Shown here: positions 1 to 12,600 of the stretch, one piece after another
How the letters are laid out: each line of letters starts with the position of its first letter
Position numbering within the stretch: the first letter of the stretch is position 1
NCBI GenBank assembly: GCA_964016885.1
Contig: OZ024742.1
Location: 111,414,001 to 111,478,000, forward strand
Direction: 5' to 3'
DNA from: Eledone cirrhosa
Lineage: Eukaryota
Length of the DNA stretch: 64,000 nt
Made by a program: the position numbers and the translations under genes
Notes under the pieces: model-generated
What the model was told of the DNA's origin: nothing
Seen by the model: only the letters and a program-made list of their open reading frames with translations
Databases searched by the model: none

Positions 1-479
1 ATTTTGAGTTTGAGGTGTAAATGGGTTGCTAGTATTCTTTTTTTTTCTTCCCCATTGTTTTGTCCTTTATGTGGGCTCGATAAACATACATAAATATACA
101 TTCACACGTGCATACTTATACACAAGTATGTATATACACACATATATATATACCCGCACATTAGACACTGAGAAGGGAGGTAGGTATCAGTCAGTGACAG
201 TAGTCTAAAAATAGATTGGGGATTTACTGGTGTGAATGTGGTGGTGGGAGAGAGAAGTGATCGTTCAACTGTCCATTTTCCTTTCAATATCTGAAATTTA
301 GCCACAATCGTCCAAAAAGTAAAAAAAGAAAATTGTATTTGGGAAATATTTAAAAATATATATGCATCTTTCACATCTTCTTTCCCCTCCAATTATACAC
401 ATAGAGAAAACAATAAATGCACACACAGACACAGATACACTCACAGCCACAGACCCTCTGTCTTCCAGCAGTGAAGATG

Positions 480-689
480 TACCTGAGTCACCCCTGGGTC
501 ATCCACCCCCTATAGGGGAATTTATTTTGTTATATTTGTGCATAGTTTATTTTATATTTTTATATCTCCATTGTTAAATTAGTCTTGCCATTGTGTACTT
601 TTACTCGACCTTATTGTAACCACCCCGCCACTGTCCCTGTCTTTGTATTGTCCCCGACATGTCGGCCCTTGTGGCTAATAAATGAAATC
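480..689 (+). mobile_element. 3' UTR remnant of a Tx1/L1-like LINE (divergent subfamily), followed by an (ATT)n-like tail at 690-722
   Basis: Carries the CCCC-TATA-GGGGAATT motif and the terminal GGCCCTTGTGGCTAATAAATGAAATC, both shared with the Tx1-like 3' ends at 1586, 10052 and 63301. The 5' boundary is approximate. Confidence 0.7.
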
Positions 690-722
690 TTTATTATTAT
701 TATCATCATTATTATTATCATT

Positions 723-1586
723 AGAGATCCTGGGCGTCGAAGAAGATCAGCTGTTTGCTTCCGGAGAACTTTCAGCCCGGGGCCTATGGATAACTTCCAA
801 AAATCTCTGGCCTGGCAGTGCTACCGGGGAGCGTTGCCGGTTCGAGATAAGCTCTACAGGCACGGAAGTGCCGTTAGCCGAGCCTGTCCGAGATGCGCGC
901 ATAGCGACGAAACCGTTGTGCACGCACTCGTTCAGTGCCCGAGCATTGCTGACTTGTGGAGCTATATCGAACAGTTGTCACGTGTAGGACTGATCCGGTT
1001 GTCGACTGAGTCCATTGTGCAGATGGTCTCGCCGTCTTCTTTTGAGGAGGAAGGGCAGGCGGTTTTCATCTGCCTGGTGGCCATGGCGAAAGAGATTGTG
1101 TGGTGGACAAGGTTAAAAGGTTTAAAGACAAACACTTTCCTCTTCGGCGAATCCCTAATTAACTTTTTCAAGTTTCACTTGAAGGGGAAAATCAGGGTGG
1201 AGAGGCAAGTGCTGCTTTCTAGCAAGTTTGTTGAAAGGTAGGTGAATGCAGCGAGATGGTCCGAGTGAACGGGACCACTCTGAATATACGTCTGTAGTTT
1301 GAGAGATGGAAAAATTGAGAGAGGGCGCTTGACCTGCTGGTCAGTGTGGCCGTGGTCTTTTGTGTGGTTTTCGCCACGAGTAACCCTCACAGGTTTCCCC
1401 CCTATTGGGGAATTTTTCATTGTTTCAATTTTCATTTTATTGTTTATATATATATATGTTTTATGTCTTTTTTCTTTTCTTATATAAATAATAAAAATAT
1501 TTACACGCACAAAACCCACATTGTACCGTCCTGTTCCGTCTGTGATGTTTTTCTTGATGTCAGCTCTTGTGGCCAATAAAGAAATC
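723..1586 (+). mobile_element. 5'-truncated Tx1/L1-like LINE (ORF2 C-terminal zinc finger + 3' UTR), with (ATT)n tail at 1587-1647
   Basis: Near-identical to 9240-10052. Encodes CPRCAHSDETVVHALVQCP (zf-RVT-type CCHC) and ends GCCAATAAAGAAATC-(ATT)n. Confidence 0.92.
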
Positions 1587-1647
1587 ATTATTATTATCAT
1601 TATTATTATTATTATTATTATTACTATTATTATTATTATTATTATTA

Positions 1648-2248
1648 CAGCTGCATTTATCATGCTTTATGTTCATACGAGTTATCACCAAGTCACAACC
1701 AGTGACCTCAAGAGACAACAAGGTCCTCCATGTTCAAGAAAGAACATACATACTCACACATGCATCTTTAGGTGTTTAGACTTGTGATGTACTTATATTG
1801 ACAGAATCTTTCTTAGTATATGGGCAGTTCCCATTAGTACTAACTTTTGTATTTCTCCTATACGCGGGTTTCCTGGGATTTGCGATAAGTAATCATTAGA
1901 CCCCTTAGCTATCATTCCTAGAGCGCCTACAACCACTGGTATTGTTTTAGTTCTCAATTTCCACATTTTTCCAATTTCTATATCCAGGTCCTTATACTTG
2001 CTCAATTTTTCAAATGTTTTTATAGATACATTCTTGTGTATTGGAACGGACATATCAATTAGCAGGCATACCCTCTTTTTAAAGTCCTTCAATATTATAT
2101 CAGGTCTATTTGCATCTATTTTTCGGTCTGTTTGGATGCTAAAGTTCCACAAGATTGAGATGTGACCTTTTTCAAGTATAGGAGGTGGTTGATGCTCCCA
2201 CCAATTCTTTTGATGGGGCAGGTCAAAATGCTTACACATTATCCAATG
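1648..2248 (-). mobile_element. 5'-truncated R4/Dong-like RLE non-LTR retrotransposon, family 1 (restriction-like endonuclease + 3' UTR)
   Basis: ORF 1793-2293 has WWEHQP..ILWNFSIQTDRKIDANRPDI..LIDMSVP..EKLSKYKDL..PVVVGALG, a PD-(D/E)xK RLE. Bounded on both sides by (TAA)n. Confidence 0.88.
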
Positions 2249-2274
2249 TATTATTATTATTATTATTATTATTA

Positions 2275-4135
2275 CTCTTTGAGTCTCCGTCATTGATGTT
2301 AGTTAACTGGAAAGTTTGTTGAAATGAATATCAAGCCACTACCTGCAGCCTCAGATATTCAGGACGTATCGGAGGGTTCTTGCTGTTCCCAGCAAGCATG
2401 CCTTTTGAAGCGTTCCAAAAAGCCTGAAGGGGCCAATTTTCTTTAACCATCCCAGGACACTTTTTGAGATAGTCCCCAGTGCGCCTATGACAATCGGGAT
2501 CACTTTGACTTCATGGCAGTTCCTAATCCTTTTTACCTCCCACTTTAAGTCCTGGTATCGGTTAATTTTCTCCCTCTCCTTCTCTTGCACTCTCGTGTCG
2601 AATGGGCAGGCCACATCCACAATCAGGCACGATCTTTTTTCTTTGTCCACAACCAACAGGTCAGGTCTATAGGTGTTCCAGTTTCTTGTCCGTCTGTATC
2701 CTAAAATCCCACAGCACCTTCACCTGATCGTTTTCTATCACCGAGTCTGGCTTATGCTCATACCACTTCTCAGAATGTGGTAAATTGTTTACTTTGCATA
2801 GGTGCCAGTGGATCACCCTACCAATCACATCATGTCTCCAGCCCTTATAGTGAGTCTGCGCTAGGTGTTTACACTCGGATACAATGTGAGCCCCAGTCTC
2901 ATCTCTCTCTCCACAGATCCTGCACAGTGGGCTAGCCTCCTCCTTGTAAATATGGTGTTTCAACCACTTCGTTTTGAGGGCCTGCTCCTGCACAGCCATT
3001 AACATTCCTTCTGTAGCGTGTTTAAGGTCTCCTCTTTTCAACCAGTTTCATGTCTGTGGATCTCTAAATTCAGTTTTCTCAAAGAAGGTACTATTAAGGG
3101 ATTTTTCCTGAAGGCTGCTCTTTCTCCTTGATGTTATTTCCTCCTTGGACATCCCCTGGCCTATTATCCCCTCCTTCAGTACAGTTCTGAGCATTGGCTC
3201 CTTACTATCAGTCAAGTATTTGTGTAGGTTGTTTTTCTCCATCTGAACACAGTCCTCTATGCTGATAAGACCTCTTCCACCTTCAGATCTCCTTAAGTAG
3301 AGTCTATCGACATCACTCCTCTTGTGGAACATGTTGTAGATAGTCAATAGCTTCCTAGTCTTCCTATCCATTTCTTTTTGTTCAGCAACATTCCATCTCA
3401 GAGTTCCCGCATTGTACCTAATAATAGACACAGCTCGGGAATGTACTGCACTTATGGCATTCCTATTGTTCAGGTGTGACTTTAATACGCTCCTTATTCT
3501 CCGAATGTATTCAGTTCTTAACAATTCCTTCATTTTTTTGTTCTTGATGTCATCAGCCTCCAGAACACCCAAGTATTGTATCCCTCTTCAGAGTCAATTT
3601 CCTTTATCATCTCACCTGTTGGTACCTGGATTCAGTTACTTCTGCTCAACTTACCCCTCTTCATTATAATGACTCTACACTTACTAATACAAAATTGCAT
3701 ACATATATCATTGCTGAAAATACGGACAGTGATAACAAGCACAACCAACTCCTTCTCACTCTTCCCGAAGAGTTTAGGATCGTCCAAGAAGTGGAGGTGA
3801 TTGATGGTAAGCCCTCCCTTTCCCAACCTGTATCCTGCTCTCACTGTTCGCAGTACACTGGTCAGGGGCATCAGGGCAAGGACAAACAACAGAGGGGACA
3901 GACTATCTCCCTGGAAAGATACCTCTCTTGATCTTCACGCTTCCCAAGTATTCTCCAGTTGATGTTAACTCTGTTTCCCAGGACTTCAGACTTTTGCCCA
4001 ACAACTGTCTGATTTTACCTGCCACCTTGAAGATCTCCAGGCTTTTGGGGATCCAAGAATGAGGCACCATGTCAAATGCATTTTTGTAGTCTATCCATCC
4101 CATGGCAAGACCCGTGTGTCTCCTCTTGCAATTCC
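2275..4135 (-). mobile_element. 5'-truncated, frameshifted R4/Dong-like RLE retrotransposon, family 2 (RT, CCHC finger, RLE)
   Basis: Successive ORFs give WIDYKNAFDMVPH, KRGIF, HLHFLDDPKL (decayed RT catalytic motif), CRICGERDETGAHIVSEC..RHD and DVACP..EKINRYQDL..PIVIGALG. (TAA)n on both sides. Confidence 0.9.
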
Positions 4136-4421
4136 ATTATTATTATTATTATTATTATTGGTTGGTGAAGCCACGCTTCTTAACGCCTCCAGTCTTTTTC
4201 AACGTTTTACCTCTTTTTCAACCGTTCTAAACCTTTTATTCAAGTTTTAAATTTGATAAAAGTTTAGAAGAAGTGACTCACCTAATACAGGGGTTCACTA
4301 CTAAATAATACGGCACCCCTTTACGGGGTGTCGTATTCGTATTTGTGTAAAAATATTTTTTGAAAAATTTCAACATGGATAACACAACAGAGAGAGAGAG
4401 CGCTGTAAGACAACACAGAGA

Positions 4422-6422
4422 GATGGAGACTTTATCAGCATGTCAACAAGACAGCGTTCCAGCGGAGGTAAATATAAACGAAAATATTACAAAGGAAAAA
4501 AAAGATTTTTACAGATTTAAAATTAACAAATATTTCTAACACAAACAACACCAACAATAACACCAACAACATCACTAACAACAACACCAAAAATAACAGC
4601 GGTAAAGTCGAGAACGACAATAACAAAAATAACAGCGGTAAGGCGAGAACGACAATAACAAAAATAACAGCGGTAAGGTCGAGAACGACAATAACAATGA
4701 CAATAACAACAGCCACAACAACAATAATAGTAGGAACAGTATCAACAAAAACAACAATAATAACAACAGCCACAATAACAGTAACAGCAGCAACAGTATC
4801 CACGAAAACAACACCAACAACTGTACCAGCGAAAAGAACAACAATGACACCGATACCTGTAATAGCGACCTCAGCACCACCAGTAAGACCAGTAGCGGCA
4901 GCAATAGTGGTGCTGCTGAAAAAGGGACCACTTCTTTTGCAGGTGTCGCCCGAAATATCGAGACAGTGTTAGTCACAGAGGAGGAGATGGCAGTCGCAAG
5001 GGCCATGGTGACAAGAAGCGCAAATAGAGTTTCCCTGAAACCTCCACCCGATTTTTTCAAGGATCAGCAGCTACGAACGGTGACTTACCGCACCGTAAGC
5101 AAAATCTCACATCGAGTGGAGATAGCCACGGAGGCTCAAATCCAAAAGGCCTTGGGGTGCGTCTGGGCACGCAAAACCCACATCACCCGAGGCAGAAAGT
5201 ACACCACAGTAGACGTACTTTTCGCCACCCCCCAGGAAGCAAAGTCTCACTCTTTGGAAACCCTAAAGAGTGAGGAGTTAGTCTTGGTGCCTGCCTACTG
5301 CGGGCAGAAAATTGTGAGGGTCAAAATGACCCAGGTCCCACTCGACGTGCCCATACCTTGGCTAGCCGCGTCTGTCCTTGCTGGAATTGAGAACAGGGCG
5401 ACCATCTTGCAAGTAGAAAAAATAGGGAGAGAGAACTGGTCAGGTATAGGCATGCAAATGCTTATACAAACTGACCAGGAATGTATCAAGGCTATCCCCG
5501 ATATCATAGACTTTGAGGAAGGACTCCAACTCCCTATAAGTGTAGAGGGAAGACGGCCAAAATGTTATCTCTGTGGGTCGAAAGGTCACCTCAGGGCCTT
5601 TTGCCCGCAGAAGACACCGAAGAGGGCCCCTCTCCTTCCAATACCTGGTCCGCTGCTACCAAGAGCAGGACAGGCAACAAACGAAGAAGCCCATTCCACG
5701 GTGAGTAGGAGGGCAACGTCCGTAGCACCCGTACCAAGGCCACGGATAACTAAAGCAGAATCATCAGTAGCGGCAACACCAATAGCTACATTTGAAATAG
5801 CTACACCAGCAACAACATTGCCGAAGAGGGCTCCACTACCACCACCAACAGCCGTGGAGCACATACCCCTCCCAGACGCCACAGAATCCGACATGGAGTT
5901 TGAGGCGCGAGTGACGTGGCAAACAGTCTGCCACAAAATACAAAAAAGAAAAAAAAAACCTTAGATTCACCCTCCAAAAGCGAAGGCATACAAAGAGGGG
6001 GTAAAGGGAGCAAGGAAACTTGCAGCAACACCACCTCAAACACCAACAACGCAAACACAACAAGACGCACACACCAAACAGCAACAAGAAGAAAACGTCA
6101 ACAAAATCACCCTTCCCCCAAAAAGTACACAGCCATAAACATAGCTAAAAAAGAACTCATAAAATATATAAAGCAGCACACAGACATCACGGAAAAAAAT
6201 TACTACACCCCACCAACACCAAGAACTCTCCCGACAAACATAAGCATCATCGAAATATCATTAGAACAATACAAACCTTTAAAACAAAAATTCCCCAACG
6301 CAGTTGGAGACTTCAGAGGGACGGTTACCAAGAGGATATACACTGACATCCTCTTGGAAACACCCATGACCAGCGAAAGGGACGGTTCTACTGTCCCTTC
6401 ACCACACGAACGAGGTAAGTGA
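4422..6422 (+). pseudogene. ORF1 (gag-like, Asn/Thr-rich N-terminus, single CCHC zinc knuckle), frameshifted
   Basis: ATG at 4422, then shifts in homopolymers. ORF 4966-5964 contains VEGRRPKCYLCGSKGHLRAFC (CX2CX4HX4C). It continues in ORF 5916-6422 after the A-run at about 5942-5958. Homologous to the ORFs at 61885 and 63378. Confidence 0.8.
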
Positions 6423-6454
6423 CCCTTTCTCATTTGCCCCGTTTCTCATCCAAC

Positions 6455-9400
6455 ATGGCCGTACTCAGAAGAGGCAGTATAAATGCACGTGGCCTGGGGT
6501 CATCTTGGAAGCAGGGTCACCTGCTCAATGACCTCAGGTCACTAAACATAGATGTGGTAGCCATCAGTGAAACCAGAATCTCCGAGGCACTGGCCTTCGC
6601 ACCGATCTTCGGCGGCTACGATGTATACGCATCTCCCAGCCGTCCAGGATCGGGGGGAGGGGTTGCAGGCCTTTTTCGGAGAGGCTTGGATTTCGCGATA
6701 CGGGCCATCTTCCTGGACCCAGAAGATAAGTCAGTGGTGCTGGACGTGACCGGCAGTGAAGGCAATGCTTTCAGGCTAGTAGCCGTCTACGCCTCAACAG
6801 GGGCAGGACGACCAGATTTCTTCAGACGTCTAGAGACCTTTCTTGAAACGTCCCGCTCTTTAGTGTTAGTGGGCGACTGGAACGGTATCATGGATGCACG
6901 CTGGGATTGTGTGGGGCTAGTGGATAGGGGAGGAGGGTGCAAGAGCCTCACCAACCTGCTCAGACGTTTTGAACTGTCTGGCAGGTATCGACTGGATCAC
7001 CCGAATGCGCCAATGTGGACATGGACAAACCGTATCGGCTCATCCAGATCGTATCTAGATAGGGTATTCTGCAGGGAACTAGATAAGGCTAGTATAAGTT
7101 GTCCACAATTTAAAATAGTCGACTACACAGACCACAAATTTGTGATCTGTGAGATCGACATAGACAGACTTCATAGACAAGGGCCTGGTTACTGGAAGCT
7201 GAACGCGTTTTTCCCGGCGCGCAAGGCCTACAGAGACCGGATTAGCGTATTAGTTAAGCGGGCGTTGACGGGAGCGGTCGTCAACAACAGGTGGTGGTTC
7301 GCCCTGAAAAGGGCAATTAAAGTAGAGTCGATTAGGTTTAGCAAAGGAGTAGTGATAGAGGAAAATAGAGTAGAGGGAGAGCTAGTCAGAAAGCTAGAAG
7401 ACGCGTTTAGGACAGGCATCGCAGCCGACGTGCTTGCGGCGAGATTGGCACTCGACCAATTCTTCAACGCAAAACACGAAGGCTGCGTTGTCAGAGCTAG
7501 AGCGCGTGCTCTGAAACACGAGGGAACAAAAGCCGTCCAATGGGCCCGAGTGGCAGAGGCGCAACGTGGCAATAAAGCCACAATTGGGTCTTTGTCTGAC
7601 CAAAACGGGTGCGTGATGCTCGAACCCGAGCGGATGTGTGAAGCTTTTCAGCAGCACTTTGCTGAACTCTTCGGGAGCGGCGGCGTCCCGGATCGGGACA
7701 TGGACTTCAGTGCATACCTCGACGGACTCTCTCGGCTCTCGACGACCGCAGCACAGTGTTGCGAAAAGCCAATAACAGCCGGTGAAATACGGGAATCGAT
7801 GGCTAACTGCACAAGAGGTAAATCGCCAGGTTTAGATGGTCTGCCCTACGAGCTGTATGCATTTATGCCAGACTTGTTCGGTGACCTCTTGGCAGACGTC
7901 TACTGAAACTGGCAGCAGAACGGGAGCATTCCCAGTTTTGTGAGCCGGGGAGCAGTGGCGCTATTGAGAAAAGACCCGAACAAGGGGGATGTTATTCAAT
8001 ATTTTGGCCAAGGTGTTAGCAACAAGGTTGGCTCTTGTCGTCAAGGCTCTGGTGGGAGGCCATTCCGAACAGATCCATACACGACAACCTCCACCTCATG
8101 CGATACATCATAGAGAGGGTGGTTAAGGAACCTGGCAAGGGTGGGGCCCTGATCAACTTGGATCAATCCAAAGTATTCGATAGGGTCGACCATCGGTACC
8201 TGGCGGCGGTCCTCGAGGCAGCCGGTTTCCGGCCCGTTTTCAGGCGTTGGATCGCAGCAATGTACAGCGACATCTGCTCAGTTGTGAGGGTGAACGGTCA
8301 CCTGTCGCAGCCGTTCAGCATCATGCGCTCAGTCCGCCAGGGTTGTCCCCTCTCGTCCCTCTTGTACGTATTGGCTCTCGAGCCGTTAGTGCACAAACTG
8401 GGGGCAATGAGGGGCGTCCCACGAGAACAAGGATGCGGGAAATCCGAGTCGGCTTACGCTGACGACGTCATCGTGGTGGTGTCGAGCACCTGACACGTCC
8501 AGATGCTCGGCACCGCTCTCAAGGAATACGAAACGGTGACAGGAGCAAAGATAAACCAGGAAAAGTCGGTGGGCTTGCAGCTAGGCACCTGGAGAGGCAA
8601 GTCCATGCCGTCCGACATCGTCGTGGGGCGTTGGACGGACGGACCCGTTAAATTTCTCGGGGTCTGGTTCGAAACGGACCTCCAGATGGAGTAAAACTGG
8701 AACGAGGTGACGAGCAGGGTGGCCTCCCTCACCCAGAAATGGACTGAGAGGAAGCTGTCCCTGAAAGGCCGGGCGGAAGTGGCGAATGCGTACATCGCAT
8801 CCGTCATCTGCTACCGCCTCACCATCGTCCCTTGCTCCAGCCCAACTCTCACCAAAATGGAGCGCCTCCACTTCCGCTTTTTGTGGAAGGGACGCGTTCC
8901 CATGGACAGACGATCCATCTGCTGTCAACACCCGTTGCATGGAGGACTGGGCATGCCATGGCTGATGATCCGCAAACATGCGCTGAGGCTGCGACATCTC
9001 TGGTGCTTCCTTGATGGTGAACGGGTGTGGTTGCCGTTCGCCAGGCACATTTTCCCACAGCTCGTCTCCTTGACGGAGCTGCAGTCCTGGGTCAGAAAAA
9101 GACCGAAGGATAGCGCTTGGAAACTGGAATGTCTCCACGCGCTCACCGCCCTCTCCCAGTTGGGCACCAGTATCGGTGGAACATCCACCTCGGCGTTTTA
9201 TAGAGGACTAGTGGAGGGGAAGAGCGACGACGTTCACGGAGAGATCCTGGACGTCGAAGAAGATCAGCTCCTTGCTCTCTTCCGGAGAACTTTCAGCCCG
9301 GGGCCTATGGATAACTTCCAAAAATCCCTGGCCTGGCAGTGCTACCGGGGAGCGCTGCTGGTTCGAGATAAGCTCTACAGGCACGGAAGTGCCGTCAGCC

Positions 9401-9760
9401 GAGCCTGTCCGAGATGCGCGCATAGCGACGAAACCGTTGTGCACGCACTCGTTCAGTGCCCGAACATTGCTTACTTGTGGAGCTATGCTTGTGGACCTAT
9501 GTCGAACAGTTGCTGTCACGCTTTGAGGAGGAAGGGCAGACGGTTTTCATCTGCCTGGTGGCCATAGCGAAAGAGATTGTGTGGTGGACAAGGTTAAAAG
9601 GATTAAAGACAAACACTTTCCTCTTCGGCGAATCCCTGATTAACTTTTTCAAGTTTCACTTGAAGAGGAAAATCAGGGTGGAGAGGCAAATGCTGCTTTC
9701 TAGCAAGTTTGTTGAAAGGTGGGTGAATGTAGCGAGAATGGTCTGAATATACGTCTGTAG
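6455..9760 (+). pseudogene. ORF2: APE endonuclease + reverse transcriptase + C-terminal zinc finger, with stops and deletions
   Basis: APE motifs SINARGL, SETR, VGDWN, SYLDRVF, TDHK. RT motifs GKSPGLDGLPYELY, DQSKVFDRVDH, VRQGCPLS, YADDV. Zinc finger CPRC..ETVVHALVQC. Premature stops at 7904, 8491 and 8692, and a deletion near 7990-8060. Confidence 0.93.
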
Positions 9761-10088
9761 TTTGAGAGATGGAAAAATTGACAGAGGGCGCTTGTCCTGG
9801 TAGTCAGGGTGGCCGTGGTCTTTTGTGTGGTTTTCGCCACGAGTAACCCTCGGTGGTTTCCCCCCTATGGGGAATTTTTCATTGTTTCAATTTTCATTTT
9901 ATTGTTTATATATATATATATATGTTTTATGTCTTTTTTCTTTTCTTATATAAATAATAAAAATATTTACACGCACAAAACCCACATTGTACCGTCCTGT
10001 TGCGTCTGTGATGTTTTTCTTGATGTCAGCCCTTGTGGCCAATAAAGAAATCATCATCATTATTATTATTATTATCGTTATTGTTATT

Positions 10089-10421
10089 CCTTGAATCTCA
10101 GTCATTGATGTTGGTTAACTGGAAAGTCCGTTGGATTGAATATCAAGCCACTACCTGCAGCCTCTGATATTCAGGACGTATCGGAGGGTTCTTGCCGTTC
10201 CAAGCAAGCATGCCTTTTGAAGCGTTCCAAAAAGCGTGAAGGGGCCGATTTTCTTTAACCATCCCTGGAAACCTTTGGAGATAGTCCCCAGTGCGCCTAT
10301 GACAATCGGGATCACTTTGACTTCATGGCAGTTCCAAATCCTTTTCACCTCCCACTTTAGGTCCTGGTATCGGTTAATTTTCTCCCTCTCCTTCTCTTGC
10401 ACTCTCGTGTCGAACGGGCAG

Positions 10422-10422
<1 letters not shown>
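10089..10422 (-). mobile_element. 3' fragment of R4/Dong-like family 2 (RLE C-terminus + short 3' UTR)
   Basis: Close match to 2280-2611 (CPFDTRVQEKEREKINRYQDLKWEV..). Flanked by ATT tracts at 10053-10088 and 10423-10464. Confidence 0.9.
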
Positions 10423-10465
<43 letters not shown>

Positions 10466-11599
10466 CTCCATCATGTGCTCCATCATAATCATTATTATTA
10501 TTATCTCCATCATGTGCTCCTTTAGTTTTGATTTCCTGTTTAAATGAAGATGGCATTCCACATCAAGTCGTTTCATGTAACATGACATTCTTTCCTTCTT
10601 TTCAGTTAATATCCAATTATTTTATAGTTTTGATGGATATGTTGTCAACCTTATGCAGTATCAATGGAACGTGCAGCATATATAATAAAGATTCATACGT
10701 AAACATGCAACTGCTACACACGGATGATTACATGTATATGACAGCATAAAAGAATTAGTCAATCATATTTACTGATGATACTTATGGTGCATGGATTAGT
10801 GTGATAACCATCACGTCAAATCATATTGCAATCCATCTGTTCAATTATTTACCATAATTGCCATGCATATTCAGCACATTCCATTCCTCAACCATATGCA
10901 GAAGTGATATTCTATAAGTTCTCAGTGAAGAATCATTTCCTCTTTGTGCCATTTTCGACTTTGTACAATCCAACATTTAATATCAACCTATGGCGTTGTT
11001 TTTGTCAGGCTTATGGGTTATCTTCTAAGTAATTATATCTATGATTCATTAGGTTATCACACCTGAGATAATATCCATTCAAGATATATGTGTCATAATC
11101 TCCATTACTTTGATTCCGTGTAAGATACTCTCTCTATGTTACGACTGTTAGCGTTTTGCCAATCTTAATATGGTCAAATAATGGGGAATTATATATTCCT
11201 GCATTTCAAATCCCACTTATATATCGCTAAATAATTAAATTGGCGTTTTGGGATAAATGGTCGAATGTCTGAAAACGGAGCTTGGGAGACTTGGTACTTG
11301 CACCAATGTAATGGTATACACTAGATATTTCACGTTGTTGAATAGTTGCTTTCCAATTATGAACATATTTCAGGTTATCTGCCATTGCACGTCGTCTGCT
11401 CCGAGTAGTTTGACATTTGAAGATTTTACTTTATCTTAAGCACTTAAAGACTGCTAAGGAAAATTGATGAATTAGATGCTCCACCATATTTATTAACTGT
11501 GTATGACTTTAATATATATTTGAAGTGTTAATGTGTGTACATGTATATATACATACTAAATATGATTACAAAGAATAGAAGAAACCGTTATAGGTATAT

Positions 11600-12600
11600 G
11601 AATCCTTCTACCACCAGGAACCACCATAAAATCCCTGATCTGCAAAACCTACCCTTTTAAGAAAACGCACTGTACTAATAGGAAATGTATCATATGTAAA
11701 GTAAACCCCCGGATAAACTTTAAAACTAGAAACGTAGTCTATAGCATAAGATGTACAGAGGGTACTTGCAGAAACATGATAACAACATACATAGGCGAGA
11801 CAGTTCGTAGCATAGGTGAAAGGATAGGCCAACACTGGGGGGGGGGGGCACTAAAAGGACTAAAAAACGGTTCAGTACTATACGAACATGCCAGACAACA
11901 ACACAACGGTAACAGACAACATAGAAATTAGAATAATATCTACACATAGAAATGACCCAGCAGATAGGCAAATCAGAGAGGCCAGCGAAATAGAACTTAG
12001 AAGGCCCAAGGCTAAACAAAAAACATGAATGGAATAACAACAACACCCAAACAAACAACACTGAGAAGTATAAATAAATAAATAAATAAATAAATACATA
12101 CACAAGCACACTAACAACAAACACATATAAACACACGCTAGTAAACTAAGATAGAATACAATAACCGATACACAGTCACCCAAACACGAACACTCATCAA
12201 ACAAAACACTATACACACACGCAAACGCATGCGCAGAGAAGACACAAAAATAAACAAATAAATAAATAAATAAACAGACCAAATAAAGATGGCGTAGGCA
12301 TACAATGCAACGCGAGGAAACATAATAGCACCACTGACGATGTTGCTGATGTGCAACCAATGAACTTTGTTAGACTATATATATGTGTTTGTGTCTATAT
12401 TGTATATGTATTGTTGACGGTTGGTCAGTCAATGGTAACATTGAGGACCGAATAAATTAAATTAACCAATATAAATGACACAGAAGCGAAATCCAACCAA
12501 GCAGTGAGTGTGTTCTGTTATTAATTCTGGCAATATTATTACACAAATATGACCCTCACCAAGTATAATCGACGCACGATTTCATATCACGATTTCACAT
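11600..12600 (+). mobile_element. 3' fragment of a Penelope-like element (Neptune/Nematis-like GIY-YIG remnant + terminal region)
   Basis: About 11660-11835 reads HCTNRKCIICKVNPRINFKTRNVVYSIRCTEGTC..YIGETVRSIGERIGQHW, homologous to 51630-51800. 12290-12600 matches 36020-36320. A degenerate HHR (CTGACGA..) lies at about 12334. Confidence 0.82.

Larger units (their letters stand above)
4160..10052 (+). mobile_element. Apparently full-length Tx1/L1-group LINE (5' UTR, ORF1, ORF2 APE-RT-zf, 3' UTR), inactivated
   Basis: Starts immediately after (ATT)n at 4136-4159 and ends AATAAAGAAATC plus an ATC/ATT tail at 10053-10088. Has a two-ORF layout with complete domain order. Confidence 0.93.

Noticed and set aside
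1175-1787. Poly-Ile/Leu 'membrane protein' ORFs, and the many YIYI, VCVC and HTHT ORFs elsewhere in the track
   Set aside because: They are translations of (ATT)n, (TA)n and (TG)n microsatellites.
4435-5060. Hydrophobic ORFs on the - strand
   Set aside because: They are antisense shadows of the AAC/ACA-rich ORF1 N-terminus.
7904-7906. TGA in Tx1 ORF2 as programmed readthrough
   Set aside because: The same copy has further stops (8491, 8692), a deletion and a small duplication, so ordinary decay explains it.
690-10464. CRISPR-like repeat-spacer array
   Set aside because: The repeats are variable-length microsatellites, the 'spacers' are 0.3-5.9 kb retrotransposons, and there are no cas genes.
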